Source: Azolla caroliniana (lineage: Eukaryota > Plantae > Polypodiophyta). From it: a stretch of DNA of 64,000 bases. Location: NCBI GenBank assembly GCA_043228905.1, contig JBHGNT010000088.1, positions 1-64,000 on the forward strand, in the 5' to 3' direction. A model generated the notes under the pieces. It searched no databases. It saw only the letters and a list, made by a program, of their open reading frames with translations, and was not told where the DNA came from. The translations under genes and the position numbers were made by a program. Each line of letters begins with the position of its first letter. Positions within the stretch are counted from its first letter, which is position 1. This document shows positions 36,429 to 50,314 of the stretch, piece by piece.

Positions 36429-39155
36429 GTCATATCATATATAGCCTTCATTGCTCAAGGCTAATATTTGTTGTCACATGTATGATATGGATGTGATCAT
36501 TTCTTCTACACGTGTACACAAGAAAAAGTCATATAATATATAGCCTTCATTGCTCAAGGCTAATATTTGTTGTCACGTGTATGATATGGATGTGATCATT
36601 TCTTCTGCATGTGTACACAAGAAAAAGTCATATCTTCTGCATGCCGGAGGAATTTGGACAGGGGATGATACATCTCATTCCTAAAAGTGGTGGGAATGCC
36701 AACGACATTCACAAGTGGCGGCCCATTACTCTTCTCAATACTGTCTATAAGTTGCTCGCAAAAATCGTGGCACGCCGTTTAACTCCACTTCTCCCTCAAC
36801 TCATTCATCCGTCACAGACAGGTTTCGTTAGAAATCGGAGCATCCTAGACAACCTCTTCTCATTTTGGGAAAACCTCCAAAAGCTAGAAAGTGGGCTAGT
36901 TTTATTTTGCAAGCGATCCAACGCCATGATCAATTGGCACAAATCCTATGCAATATGACTCTCTCAGGAAACACATCTAGCGTGGCACCCACACCCCGCT
37001 TTCAAGTGGATCAATCAAGGAGCAAGCACCAAAAATTCGGGCTTCCAAATTGGCTTCAACATACCGCCGGAGACTATGATTGCACCCGTTATCCTTTCCA
37101 TTCGACAAAAGTTGATACATTGGAGCTCTAAAAAATTGTCGCTATCAGGTCGCATCATAGTGGCAAATTAGGTACTCCTCACAACAGCATGGTACAGTCT
37201 ATCATGCTGGACAATCTCCAAGTATACATCAGATTCAACGACTGGTCCGCAACTACATTTGGTCTAGTAAGGAAGACCATGTAGCTCACGCCAAGGTGGC
37301 GTGGCCTATACTCACAACGCCTAAGTCGAGAGGGGGATTGGGTCTTATTGATCCCCTTTTACAATCGAAAGCCCTACTTGCCAAATTTGTGGTGCGAGGA
37401 CTCCAACCAGGAAATGATTGTTGGAAAATGCTACTGAGGTTACGTTTCGCTTACTTTAGGCCACGAAAAGGGGTCAATTGGGCCCCCCAAACGGGATGGA
37501 TTCTAAACATGGATCTCAAACCTAGTTTCTCCCGCCATTTGGAGGACAGATTCAGTGCATCCATGTGGAAGGCATGGTGTGACATTCATCGAGGGCTCCA
37601 GTGTGATCAACCGAGATCCGAACCTGCCTGGCTCAGTCAACGGATCCTATGGAACCCATGTCTAAAGGATGAATCTAATCAACTACTGGGATCACGTAAG
37701 GGGTTGTCATGGGGATACATTGCAGAAGGTCTAGGCAAAAGTATAGAATGTTGGCGACGGTTTATGTCAATGCCACTACAAGATCAAGCGAACATACTCC
37801 ATGGAATTAGGGGCGGATGGACTATGAAATCTGAAATCATTAACGCGCTACTGATTAGGGAATCTGCTACTCAAAGGACGACAATGGAGAAATGGATAGG
37901 CCACGAGGAGGAGGGCTCTCTGATCCCGAGAGGTAGGGGATCACCAGACAGGCTCGAAGGCCATGAATTGCGAGACACTGAGACACCCACACAGAATAAC
38001 ACCATTCGAGTACTCGCGTACACTGGTCATAAATGGATTGTAGATCCTGATCCGATCAAAGTACAACCCGATTGGCATATATGTACTCATGAAAACACAT
38101 GGCTACGTAAGGTCAGTTGGGACCCTTTGCAATGGACATGGCGTGATCCCTACGCGGAGCAAGGAAGCAAACCCATCCCTTTCTTCCAATTCACAACTAG
38201 ATTGGGTCGCCACATTCTAGCTGCTGAAGCCGCCCGAGAACCAGCTGCTGCGAAGGTCTGGCACACATTTCAAGTTCCCTCTGCAATAATCACCAAGTTT
38301 TGGCAGAAAATCTAGAAGCAACAACACGCGAGGCAAATTACCACTTTCCAATGGTTGTTAATACATAAGTCCCTACCGGTGGGAGCATGGCAACGTGGGA
38401 ACCTTAGCTCTCCTAATTGTGTAGAGTGCCCACATGTAGTAGAATCCATACGACACGCTCTGTGGGACTGCCCAACGTCCCATAGAATATGGCGGGGGGT
38501 TGGCCGCTTGTTGCAATTATGCCAGGTGCAAGGTTCAATCAAGTGGGGAAATATATGTTGGCTATCATGGCAGACTGCAATTGGCCGATACGAGCATCAG
38601 GAGGAGGGGATGACTTTGGTGATAAAAGCACAAGAGGTCCTTTTCTCCTCCAGCTGCAATATCCACTCTATTCCTCTTAATGACAAATCTCAAGAGGTGT
38701 TGGAATTGGTCAGCCCAATAACCCTTTGGATTTTATGGAAACAACGATGTAGGAGAGTCTTCTCCAACCAAATCACCCATCCAACAAGGTTACTGCAAGA
38801 GATATGGAGTGAAATTGTAGCCACTCTGAAGAGCCAATATGATGGCCTTAAAGGTGGCTCCGAGGGAGTTGAAAGACAACGCATAGCCTTCATCCAACAA
38901 TGGTCGTCCTCTCCCTTTCTTGAGTCAATGGGCTTCCACATTAGATGGAACTATCGCGTCCCTTTAGGGATTTGTACATAATCGTCTCATTTGTAAAATT
39001 TTATAACTAATGGAAGGAGTTTTTTTTTGGAAAAAAAAAAAAGAAAAAAAGAAAAAGTCATATCATATATAGCCTTCATTGCTCAAGGCTAATATTTGTT
39101 GTCACATGTATAATATGGATGTGATCATTTCTTCTGCATGTGTACACAAGAAAAA
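36429..39155. repeat. 99-bp tandem repeat x3; third unit split by a LINE
   Basis: Units start at 36429, 36528 and 36627; the third is completed at 39057-39155. Confidence 0.92.
36635..39048 (+). mobile_element. 5'-truncated LINE (L1/Tx1-like) with RT-core deletion, zf-RVT, poly(A) tail and 16-bp TSD
   Basis: LIPK..WRPITLLNTVYKLLAK..QTGFVRNRSILDN; PKSRGGLGL; CVECPHVVESIRHALWDC; A-tail 39031-39048; TSD aagaaaaagtcatatc at 36619-36634 and 39049-39064. Confidence 0.93.
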
Positions 39156-40671
39156 GTACTTGTCATTTGTAAACATTGACCATACCCTTGTCATTATTTG
39201 ATAGTGAAAGGTTGTGATTCGTGAATCTAGGGCTCGGACGGCCTTGAAGTCGTCTCAGGATTCCTAGAGGATCAAGGTCGTCCAATATTGTTTATCTAAA
39301 GAAAAAGTAAGAATATAAAAAAATTAAAAGTACAAAAAAAGGAGAGAGAAAACTTTTGGGGGAGATTTTGAACGTGCCTCCTCTTTGTCTCTATTGAGAC
39401 GTACCAAGATTTGATGTATGTATTGTAATTCTTTTGTACTAATATTGGGTAAAAACCAAACATCACATTGCAATCATTGTGATAGCATGTTGCCCTTAAA
39501 TCATAAGCATAGTGATATTTTGATTGCTATCAAAACTTTGAAGGGCCAACGTATATTAATTGATGATGGGGTAGAGTGCATAACAAGTGCTACAACTATT
39601 GATGTTCATTACTTAGATGTTGTGGGCGAACGATGGTTCACAATAATAAATAACGAAGGAGTAGCTATCCCTAATATTTATGCCTCAAAAGTTAGAATTA
39701 TTGCTACATAGATTCATTGTTTTAAGTTTAAACAGATTTGTTCAGACTTTGGTGTAATTCAATTTGCCAGGTTTGATTCTCATTCCTAAATCCATGTTTT
39801 TACTCATTCCTATATTCATATTTGATCATTGTTTAATGGTAACCTTGTTTGGTACCTTTTGTAGGGTCCATGGACATGAGAAGAGGATGATGCCTTTTTG
39901 CAACTATTGTGGTCAAGATTCTTCTCATTTGATATTGGACTAACCTATGTACGATTGTGCACAATAATAAATAGTGTTGGAACATTCTATCTTCACCTTT
40001 CGACATGTGTAAAAATTATACTTGAACAATATATCTTTTTTGAATATATGATTCTTGAGAAAACTTGCATTCCATTTGATTATGTGTGTCTCTTGATTGA
40101 TTATGGTGTTTTTCAAAAAAGTGTAATATATGTTCTTTGAATTCTGTTGAATCAGCACGAAGGAAATTTGAATTAGCAATTTTGTTGGGGTTTTTCTATT
40201 CTTCCAACTCTATAATCATATGAATTTCCATTTTGAAAGATATAGTATTGTAGGATATATTATGCACAACCTGATGTTACATGAATTAACAATTAGTGAC
40301 GGGTTCAATAAAGATTGAGTGATACAAAATGCTAGTTTGAAATGCATCCAAAGTGTGAAAACATTAGAGGCAGAAAAGTATTTTTTCAGCTGACAAAACA
40401 CAATGTGGTTTCATGGGGTACATTGTCATAAGGATTTGCACAATCTATTTTAAGGTTGATAAAGGCATCAGAAGTAGGTTAGATATAAATTTGTTGAACA
40501 CTTTTGTAAAGCTATATTGATAATATGCATAATTGTTCACAATTCTATGTGCCATTGTTTTGTAATATAGACCTATGATTATGGGGAGAACTTAGATGCT
40601 TTTATTGGTAAACGAAGGAGCATCTTCTAATTTTTCTATGGCATCTTTTAATGTAGTAATGTATTGCTATG

Positions 40672-40674
<3 letters not shown>

Positions 40675-40758
<84 letters not shown>
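40675..40758. repeat. (TG)42 microsatellite
   Basis: Direct reading; other TG/CA tracts occur near 11650, 33257, 34154 and 54908. Confidence 0.95.
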
Positions 40759-40761
<3 letters not shown>

Positions 40762-41599
40762 CTTATATCCTTTGCCATCATTTGATGATTCATCCCATGG
40801 TGCCAACCAAGATCAATGCATTTCCAACTAATTCTTTCCTTTGAAGCATACCTTCTACAATATCAACACGAATAAGTTTGCAAAATATATTGAAGAGGTT
40901 TATGGCTCTTCTACACGTGGAGATTATGTACATTTCGTAAATAAGTTGCATTCCAAGTGATTATATTCCACTTTATAGTGCTTAAGTAGGTATAAGAGAT
41001 TGCATAGATATCCACCAATCAAATCCATTTATTTCTAAGCATCATTACCTTCCTCAAGATGAAGAGAGACACTAAGGTCTCATGTATTCATAAACTTTAG
41101 CTCCTTACTATTCTCCTTCAATATTGGGCATATCTGAAGATTTAAAGCATTGAGGAAAAGACTACATATTTCATGAGTTGGAGAGAAAGAGAAGCAAGAG
41201 GGAGTAGAGGAGAGGGGGAGGGGGAAAGAAAGAGATTTCAAATTTTCCTTGAAAAGGGCTTTTCCCTCCCTCTTCTTCTTTTTCTTTTTCTTTTTCTTTT
41301 AAAATTTTGGTTTTTCTTTTTTATATTTCTCTATTTTACTTTTCGATTTTTTAGTATATGTAATGTAAATATAATTATGTGGACGGCCATGATCATCTGA
41401 GATTCCCCAAACCACTTTAGGGCCATCCAAGCCATATATTCACGGGCTTTCACTATTTAATGTTTCTGTATCAAATAGTGACGCGCTTGACCATACCTAT
41501 CAATGTGAGATCCACGAGAATGGTGTTAACCTTAACTAGTATTTTTAGAACATGATAAAAGTAATGGAAACACGTGAAAAATGTCCAATGGTTACTAGA

Positions 41600-41955
41600 T
41601 AGGTGAGAGACAAGGATGCCCTTTGGCTCCATATTTATTTCTATTTGTGGGAGAAGCCTTTAGTGCATTCTTGCATAAGAACAAGTTATCTATTAAGGGT
41701 ATACAGTGGCCAAGTGTGGAGGAGGCTGTGTTAGACTGTGAATTTGCCGATGACACAACATTATATATTGTAGGAGATAAGACAGAAATCTCTGTAATGT
41801 GCAAAATGTGATCCATGATTTCTGTGATGCTTCAGGCGCTATTATTAATTGGCATAAATCAGTGGGAGTTTGGGTTTTGGGAAGGTCTTACCCCTACTTG
41901 GTGTCCAGACAGTGGATTCCGTTGGATACCAAAGGGCTCTCCTGTGAGATATTTA
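41600..41955 (+). mobile_element. LINE reverse-transcriptase core fragment
   Basis: RQGCPLAPYLF, EFADDT and FCDASGAIINWHKS. Confidence 0.85.
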
Positions 41956-42789
41956 ATTCCCTTTTCTTAGATAATCTCTCCCTGTGAGCTTGCCCCACTT
42001 CTTTCCTTCTACATCCCTATCCAACTTTTTCTAACTTTTCTAGCTTGTTGGAATCCTAACTTCTCTCATACCTCTCTCTCCTATCTGATTTCAGTCAAAT
42101 CACGTCTCATCTCCAACAACAAAATCTTACAAAAATGTCTGAATCATATCACTAATGATTTGCAAATTCAATGGCACAACTTCCCTCTATTGAAGGATTA
42201 AATTTAGGACGTCCTTATCATTAGAGGACTAAGTGAATCCTTAGAGCAAACAGTGAAACCCCCGACCTCGATTGGAAATAGCCGGATTGATTGGACAAAG
42301 CCATAATCCGATTGCACCTTTCACACTCGATGTGCTCCAATATATACTCAGCAACAATAGCCAAAGAACTCACACGCCACAAAAAGGCTTGAGTCCTGAC
42401 ATCCAAACTCTACCGTCTTTGGCATCTTGACAACCTCCGAATGTTTCTAATGTCATGTCACTTTTGATGCATGGTGTGGAAACATGGATTCTTGCCTACT
42501 ACTCCACAATATATGCAAACTATGGAAAGAATATTGAATCTAATCAAGATCCTATTTTTGGGGCGGATGCACTATATATATAAATGTGTCATTTGAATGT
42601 AAGTGATCATCAAAATTTAGGATTATATAAGACCCAGCAGGAAAACTTCACCCATGCATCCGAATCTGATAAATTTGTTATTTCGGAGATATTAATCATA
42701 CTCAGGTCACATTTCGGCACCTTCGATAACCCACCTCCGACCTCCTTCTCCATTAGTTCTCAAAATTTCCTCATTTCTACAGATTCCAA

Positions 42790-44200
42790 TGAGCTAGAAA
42801 CTTACAAAGAAGGTTTGGCATCTCCAAACTCTACAAAGTGGCAATCCAACTTGCAATCTGAGATGGCATCTATACACAAAAAATAGGATTGGGATTTAGT
42901 TCCTTTACCCCCCTTCTCGATAGACCATTCTACAAAAATGGTTCTTTCTGCTGAAGCATACAACAAATTCCAACACTCCCAAATACAAAGCCCAACTCAT
43001 TGCCAAGGATTCTGAGAATAGGAAGGAGTTGATATCAACAAAATCGTATCTCTAGTGTTCAAAATAACAACCTTTACTTCCTACTCAGAGTCCTAGTTGT
43101 CAAACATTTGGAGCTATTTCAGATGGACACCAAGACAGTCTTCATACTTGTTGATCTTCAATAAGAAATTTACATGAAGCAACCTTAAGGATTCTTATAG
43201 AAAGCTAAGGAAGAGTTGGTTTGCCTACTAAAGAAAAGTTTGTATGGATTAAGACAGGCACCCTAACAATGGTATCAGAAGTTTGATAACTTCATCAAAT
43301 CACCACGGCACAAAACGAGGGAGGAGGATCATTGCCTCTACTTCGGGACACAATCCGACGGCATGTATGTATTCTTCATCCTCAACGTTGATGATGATAC
43401 GTTGATTTCTAGAAGTAACAAGGCAACTATTTCTTATCTTTATCAAAAACTTTAGTCCAAATTTGTGATGAAGGACCTAGGTCCTGATTGACATATTCTC
43501 TAGGCATGAGGATCGCCCGCAATCAAACCACTCGACAACTTACATTGCCATAATCCAACTACATTCATTAGATTTTGGCACGATTCAGACAAAGCAAAAC
43601 CCGCAACAACTCCTCTTCCTCTCAATGTGAATATTTCCAAGGTTAATTGCCTAACTACAAAATCCGAAAAGTTCAAGATGCAATCAATACCTTAAACTTC
43701 TGTTGTCGGATCTCTCATGTCCGCAATGGCCGCAACTCGACCCCAACATAACCCATGCAGTTGGTGTTGTCAATAGAATTATGTAGAATCTGGGCCGCAC
43801 ACACTGGGTAGTTGTCAAACAAATTTTCAAGTATCTCGTTGGCATAAAGGATCTAGTACTTACATTTGGACTTTCGGACTTGTCTGGAACATCTGACCCT
43901 TATCTCACAGGCTTCACTGATATTGACTACATTAGGTGCGCCAACAGTCAGAAAAATTATCCACTTTCCGTCATATCTTTCGATATAATTGGGGAGTAGC
44001 TATTTCTTATAGATCCAAATTCCAATAATAATGCATTCCGACAGCTTCCATGGAAGCTGAATATACATTATAGATCCAAAATCCAATACTAATGCATTCC
44101 GACATCTTCCATGGAAGCTGAATATACATGGTTGCTTCCAAAATCATGGAAAGAAGCAAATCTAGCTTGGAGGAGTCGCTCCAGAACTGGGAGAGACCAA
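42790..44200 (+). mobile_element. Degenerate Ty1/copia RT and RNase H
   Basis: WDLVPLP, QMD.KT.F, EIYMKQP, VCLLKKSLYGLRQAP, NVDD, MKDLG and SMEAEY with many stops and frameshifts; 60-bp local duplication at 44011-44128. Confidence 0.85.
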
Positions 44201-46433
44201 CTTGGACTCCATCCTGACCCGCCATAGTGACAGTTAGGGTTTCATCATAGTGACAGTTAGGCGGGGGGGTATGGGAAGTGTAATTATTAACATCTAGTTA
44301 GTTACTAGAAATCCGCGGTTATCTTTGATTCTATTGAAAAAAAATGAATCATCTATAAATGTTTCATGATATGAATCATCTACAATTCGGTACCATTAGC
44401 GAAACAAGTGGACTGGAAAAACCATTAAATTATAATATATTAAAGTTCATTGGTGTTTGTTAATGTCATCTTCCATTAAACAAACATATTGCAAGGAGAA
44501 GAAGTATGACAATGACATGAGATATCAAACAATATTCCAAAGCATATACAACTTGACATTAGTCATGACTCATTGTTCGATCATTTAATATCCAATGTTG
44601 ACATTATGGTTTTATAGCTAATGAATATGCTAGCAAAGTCGTCTTTGTGCTTACTTTCGTATCAATAAAGTAAGGGCAATGATATTGTGTGGCCCACTTT
44701 TGTTGCCACGTTATGTACCCAAGGTTAAAGTTAATCAAGTCATTAAAAGAAGATGTGTGCGATTGTGACTTAAAGCTGAAATTGTATTGTAGAATTTTTT
44801 GATGTACAATTCCTTCTGCTATGTTATAAAAGTTGTACATGAAAATCTATTAACAATGTTTTAGGATTGGTCTCTTTAAGCAACATAATGTGTTTAGGGC
44901 TGGTCTGATCTCGTTAACAATATAATTACCTAGTAGGCATTGTTGATTAATAGGATATATCATGTGAAAGGCTGGAGTAGTACCTTTTGCCCAAACTTTA
45001 ATCCCTCAAGCCAAGTTCCATAGATGGTTAAGGTATGGACATATCATGAGCACACCCCATACCATGCATAACCATGTTCAATTGTAGTTTATCACACATA
45101 TAAAGGTGGGGCATTTATGAGATGAGAAGGAAGACAATAAAAAACCTTTAATATGCATATGACATAAGATTGAAGGAAAGCGGTTACAAAGCTTTATATA
45201 TATATTCACAAATAATTGGGTCTATTTCCAACACATAGACCATCCCAATTTTCATTGTTTATAAACCATATGTTTGTTGGCATAAAAGGCCGAGTCCTTC
45301 CACTTTGTATCCGTAGTGTGAACACATCCTCTATTTGGGGCTTGAGTATATAAGCTCAAACCTAACTTGTGTAAGCAATTTCGAAGAAGTCAAATGGCTC
45401 TTTGAGAGTCAAGGCTCACTCAGGTAGTAGTTATATCCCAATTCACAAAGCCGAAAAAGCATTAACTCTCCATGAAAAGGAGATGATCCAGCCACACATT
45501 CCGGTACAGCTACCTTCACATTCTTGTTACAACTTCGGATACATCCTTGCCCTTTCACCTTGCCTTGTATTCATGGCAACATTGAGGGTTAAGATTTACA
45601 ATCTAATATTACAACAGTGACATTTTAGAATCTATCCTTGATTATCACATACTTCGTAGCATCACGTGTAGATAGATCCTTGACTCTCCATCTTTTAAAC
45701 CAAGTTGGACATAAACCACAAGATCTCAAACAAATGGACACAATGTGATTGTAAACTACATAGGACTTGAAACCCTTGCAAGCCAACATCCACGTTTATC
45801 CACTGACTTCATGGGTGAACTACCACCTTATTATTGAACTTTGTGGATGTCTCTTTCCCATTCACTTGCACAATAGTCGACTTTGGCCTTGATGGATTGG
45901 TGACGATAAATTTCATTAATTTCAGCAAAGCTTGTATTTGCATTCAATGAGATGAAACTCAAAGTATATCGCACAAGCTTGAAAAGAGATGTTCTCAATT
46001 AGTTTCACTAGGGCTCGAGAAAACATCTCAAATTTATCTATTTCTGTGAGGCTTTGCTTCAAATGAGCATCAAATTAATCTATTTATCTCAAATTAGTGA
46101 TGGCACCCATGGTAGGGCTTTCTTCTTGATTGTAAGAAGTGCAAAGCATATATACTACAAATAAATGACTCTCGTAACAATATAGCAATAAGACTGATAA
46201 TCACATATTATAAGGTGCTCAATTTGGAATGAGCATCAAGGTATAACTCTATTATGGAGAGGATGCTACATTTCTTTTATCACAAAATGCACTTAAAGTG
46301 ATCAATGAAGGTATATTGACAAATAACGATATGCTTGCTTTGTCAAGCATCGTATATGTACATGGTCTACCAAACAATTCATTCAGAGACCACTTCAAGA
46401 TTTTTTTCCTTCTAAGCTTAAGCTTCCAAAACT

Positions 46434-49400
46434 TTATATCCTGCCCTTGAGCAATCTTCTGTTTTGTTGTTGCTTATCTCGGCAAATACAATCTGGGGTC
46501 GGATTAGCATAGAAATACTCCTCGAGTTTCGGAATCTCTCCAAATTCTCTATCGTACGGACCTCCGATTTTGTATCGATGTACCTTCTTTACCTCTTCTT
46601 CAAATGTTTCCCATGACAACTCTCCCGAATCAAGATCATCAATCAAGGAAATTAATTGTGCCCTGGAAGAGATAGCAAATAAGTTATTTTCTACGGCAAC
46701 AAAGGCTAAAAACATGAATGCAACAAATCAATTGTGCCCTGGAAGAGATAGCAAATAAGTTATTTTCTGCAACAAAAATAGGCTAAAAATAGGCTAGGAT
46801 TTTTAGATGCTTCCATGTGGATGGAAGCATGGTTTTGAGTAAGATAAAAATGTTGTTTCCAAGACAATGTCATTGAGGTCATGGTGATGACAGTTGTTTC
46901 ACGGTGTTGGAAGACATGAATATTTTGGAAATATACAAGATATATGTTTAAATGCAGTTTCAAGGCTATTATAACTTCTTAATCTTCCTTTGAAACCCTT
47001 TGAATTTGTAGATGAGAAAAAAAGTGGCTGGAATCAAGTTGTCATTCCACAAACTCGTGATAGAATCACGAAAATTTCCATCCTCATATCACTGTTTATT
47101 ACCTGTCTGGGCTGATGGTTTTACGGAAACCCTCAAATCGCCGTTGACCTTGAACGGCCTTCGCCATGTTGCCATCGTAAGTATACACAAACACATCACT
47201 CTCAAGAGCTACAATATGATCCAATGCTGCCATTTGGTTTTGATACTTAAGAAATGGCTCCAACTCCTCTTGTCTAGCCAGAGTAGAATGTGTAAACACA
47301 TTTGGAAACTCTTTTGTCAAGGCTTCCATGCTTCCATTTCCATAGATTGCACCTGCCGCAATGTAAATCCGGGTAGAAGAAGGGTATCCCATCCCTTTAA
47401 GAAGAAGTGATGTTTCACGAGGTGTCAATGGACACCCTCCTTCTTTGCGTCGCCCTTCACTGTCGATCTCCTTTTCCTTCCAGTGTTTCACATCATATCG
47501 CATTTTCTGTAGTTCCTCGACTTCATCTGGAGCTAACCCGTGTGTACATCCAGTGAAAGCAATCATGTCCTTCTCATATCTGTGACCATTAAATCCCAGA
47601 AAATATTAGACTCAAGGAATGAAGACCTTTGAGCTATGCTGATAGAGTCGTGGGTATGTGTGAGCAAGAGAATTAGAGGTATCCAACAAATGGGCATATC
47701 AATGTAATCATTATATTTCAATCAAGTTCAAAAACCCCAAAATACACTTTAATTTTCAAAAACGAAAAGAGAACCCCTTTGTCATACACATGGAGTCCAC
47801 ATTAGACCCATGTCAAGGCAAGGCATAAAGCTCATTACGCCAACAAGGAAAACATTATTGGTAGACATACTTGAGAACAATTCCATGGTATCAACTCTTT
47901 CTACAGTCACAATATCTTAAGCCTAAGAAAGTGATCACTGCGAGAAATGTTCCTGAATGAAATCACAGATTACAGTAATAAGGATATATATACCTGAGAT
48001 GCAACGCAATATAATGCTTGTCTTGCTTCATTCTCTCAACTAAAGTTGCCCCTAGATTTAGAATAGAATCCCGATACTTGAGAGCTTTGTAGCAAGTCCG
48101 GCAACGAAGCTTCTGGATGTGATTCGGTAGGTCATTATTTGCCAATCTAGAGTCAGAATGTGTGAAATATAGAACCTTGTGTTTCTTAAGCAGGAGAAGA
48201 ACTTCATCTTTGTAATAAGACGCCTGTATATGTTTAACAAACATATTAGGGTAGACTGGCTCCACAAAACATTTTAACCATGAAACGAGAATAGGAAACC
48301 AAGGACCATACCTTCGACCATGATACGGGTGCCTTAGAAATAGGCTCTACCTTCCTCAAAGATAGTGGAAGCTCCTCAACAATGTGGACATCTCTTTCCA
48401 ATTCCTTCATAAAATGTTGCACATCATAAATGTCCTTGAACTCACTGCGATGTGGAAATGTTTGCAATGTCAATCCATACCATGAAAACCCAATCCCTAA
48501 AAAGGATTAAGATGTGTGTGTGGATGTGGGTGTGTGTGCACGAGTGTGTATATAAGGGGGGTGAAGACCTAATAACATACCTCGGATCTGCCCAAAATGA
48601 GCTATGATCCAACGATGGTATCACAAGGGCAGCATTCATGATCCTTGCAATAGCCACCATATCACAAATCTATATAAAGGACATGGGAGAGTCAAAAATC
48701 CCGATTCAGTGTGCCCAAAATGCATTGTCAGAAAAAATAAGAGGGCCTAATAAAATTTACCCCATTGCGCATTTGATTCAAGCCACCATTGGCATTAACC
48801 ATGATATACCCGTTTGGGGTAGGTTTCGGATCTACCATTGAAACATGTTGAAGTAATAAGATTTGAAGGCATTGTCACGGAGAAGTAGAGCTAACCACAC
48901 TATCAATTACCTTTGTGGGTTTTGGATCGTTCAATACATTGCTGAAGACCTTCACTATCTGGCCTTCCCCAAAGTTCTCTCTCTCTCTCTTCTGTAGAAG
49001 AATCAATCTACATAAAAAAAAAAAGGGTAACAATGTTGCTCCAATTCTATTATGCAATGTTGCATATCTTCTTCGGTAACATGAGTTTTGATTAGTAACA
49101 CTACCTCCTGAGTTGATCTCATTAGGAGGAAAGAGCTAGCCCCATCCATAGATGTGAACATGTTCCTCATAGCCCAAGTACCGTCATTATCAGTCCCAAT
49201 CAAAACCTACAACATCAAGATGATGAAAGAATAAAGGTCATGCAGGTTAATTAAGTATTGTAAGCACATATGTTAGTGAATGGCATTTACTCAGACTCAA
49301 TCTGGATAGTTATGGTCACGATATAAACCCTAGGTTAACTACATTCAAACTAGGCTAGCCCCAATAGCCATTATTTAGACATTAGGTTTAGATAGCAATG

Positions 49401-50314
49401 ATACAGATGCAGTTATATTATATTAACAAAGACCATGCTAGCAATCCTTGCTGCCGATTTAGTCCAAAACCCTCTATGAATTCGGCTAGTTCCAAATCCC
49501 TATATGGTACACAATCACAACAAAGAATGAGATTCTAGTTCATGGGTTAGTCAAAAACTCCATGATGAAAAGGTGCAAGGTAGCCATAGGGTAACAACAT
49601 CCCATGGAATCTGACATCTGCTTTTTATGTGACTACTATAGCCTTAATTATGCATATGATCACAACATAGACCATGCTAAAATTAGTAGCATGTGTTTCA
49701 TCCAAAACATTATACGAGCACTGCTAGCTACAGAACACATCATATGATGAATATGAACTCTAACGATTAGGGGTACAATCACAACAAAGGAACAATATGT
49801 TAGTCCAAAACACCATATGATGAGAAATTTCAGACAGAAACATGGTATATGATCACATCTAAGAATGTCATCGAAGGTTCTTGATTAAGTAAAGCACCAT
49901 ATATGATGAGAAATGCAATCTGGCAAACAGCTTACATACCATGGAATCCAAAATACTCTTGGGTTCGGATGGCAATGTGAGCCACACGACAAACATCATT
50001 CTAAGGGCAAAGATGACAACGATGCCCAAAGCAAACATTGAGAAAATCACCGGCCGGGTACAATTCTGGAACCCACACAAAACAAACCAAGTCCTGCCAA
50101 AAATATTCTGGGTCAAAGATGCACTGTCATCTACAGTAGCCAATCTGGTAGTGTTGTCAGCATCAGGGGGTAAATCACTCTTTTCCATCCTTTTGTTCGA
50201 GAGAGACCTTCGGGTCGGGTGCCCTCTCCGGGGCGTGTGCAGAACCTCTACCACATCTCTGCTTGCCATTGATCCATCTGTAGGAGGAGGAATTTTCAAC
50301 CTCATAGACTCCAT
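46434..50314 (-). CDS. Plant O-fucosyltransferase-family (GT106/PF10250) glycosyltransferase, probably FRB1-like subgroup; 9 exons, ~600 aa
   Basis: Exons 50314-49940, 49206-49105, 49007-48911, 48831-48761, 48669-48581, 48444-48312, 48223-47994, 47579-47103 and 46662-46434 (1803 nt, in frame, GT-AG); N-terminal TM segment; [41 protein letters not shown] and FYANP. Confidence 0.93.

Noticed and set aside
34453-40844. Short ORFs with poly-K, poly-F, poly-S or (CV)n/(HT)n runs
   Set aside because: Translations of microsatellites
41600-41955. The RT core excised from the 36635-39048 LINE
   Set aside because: The overlapping INWHKS region differs substantially between the two, so this is an independent fragment
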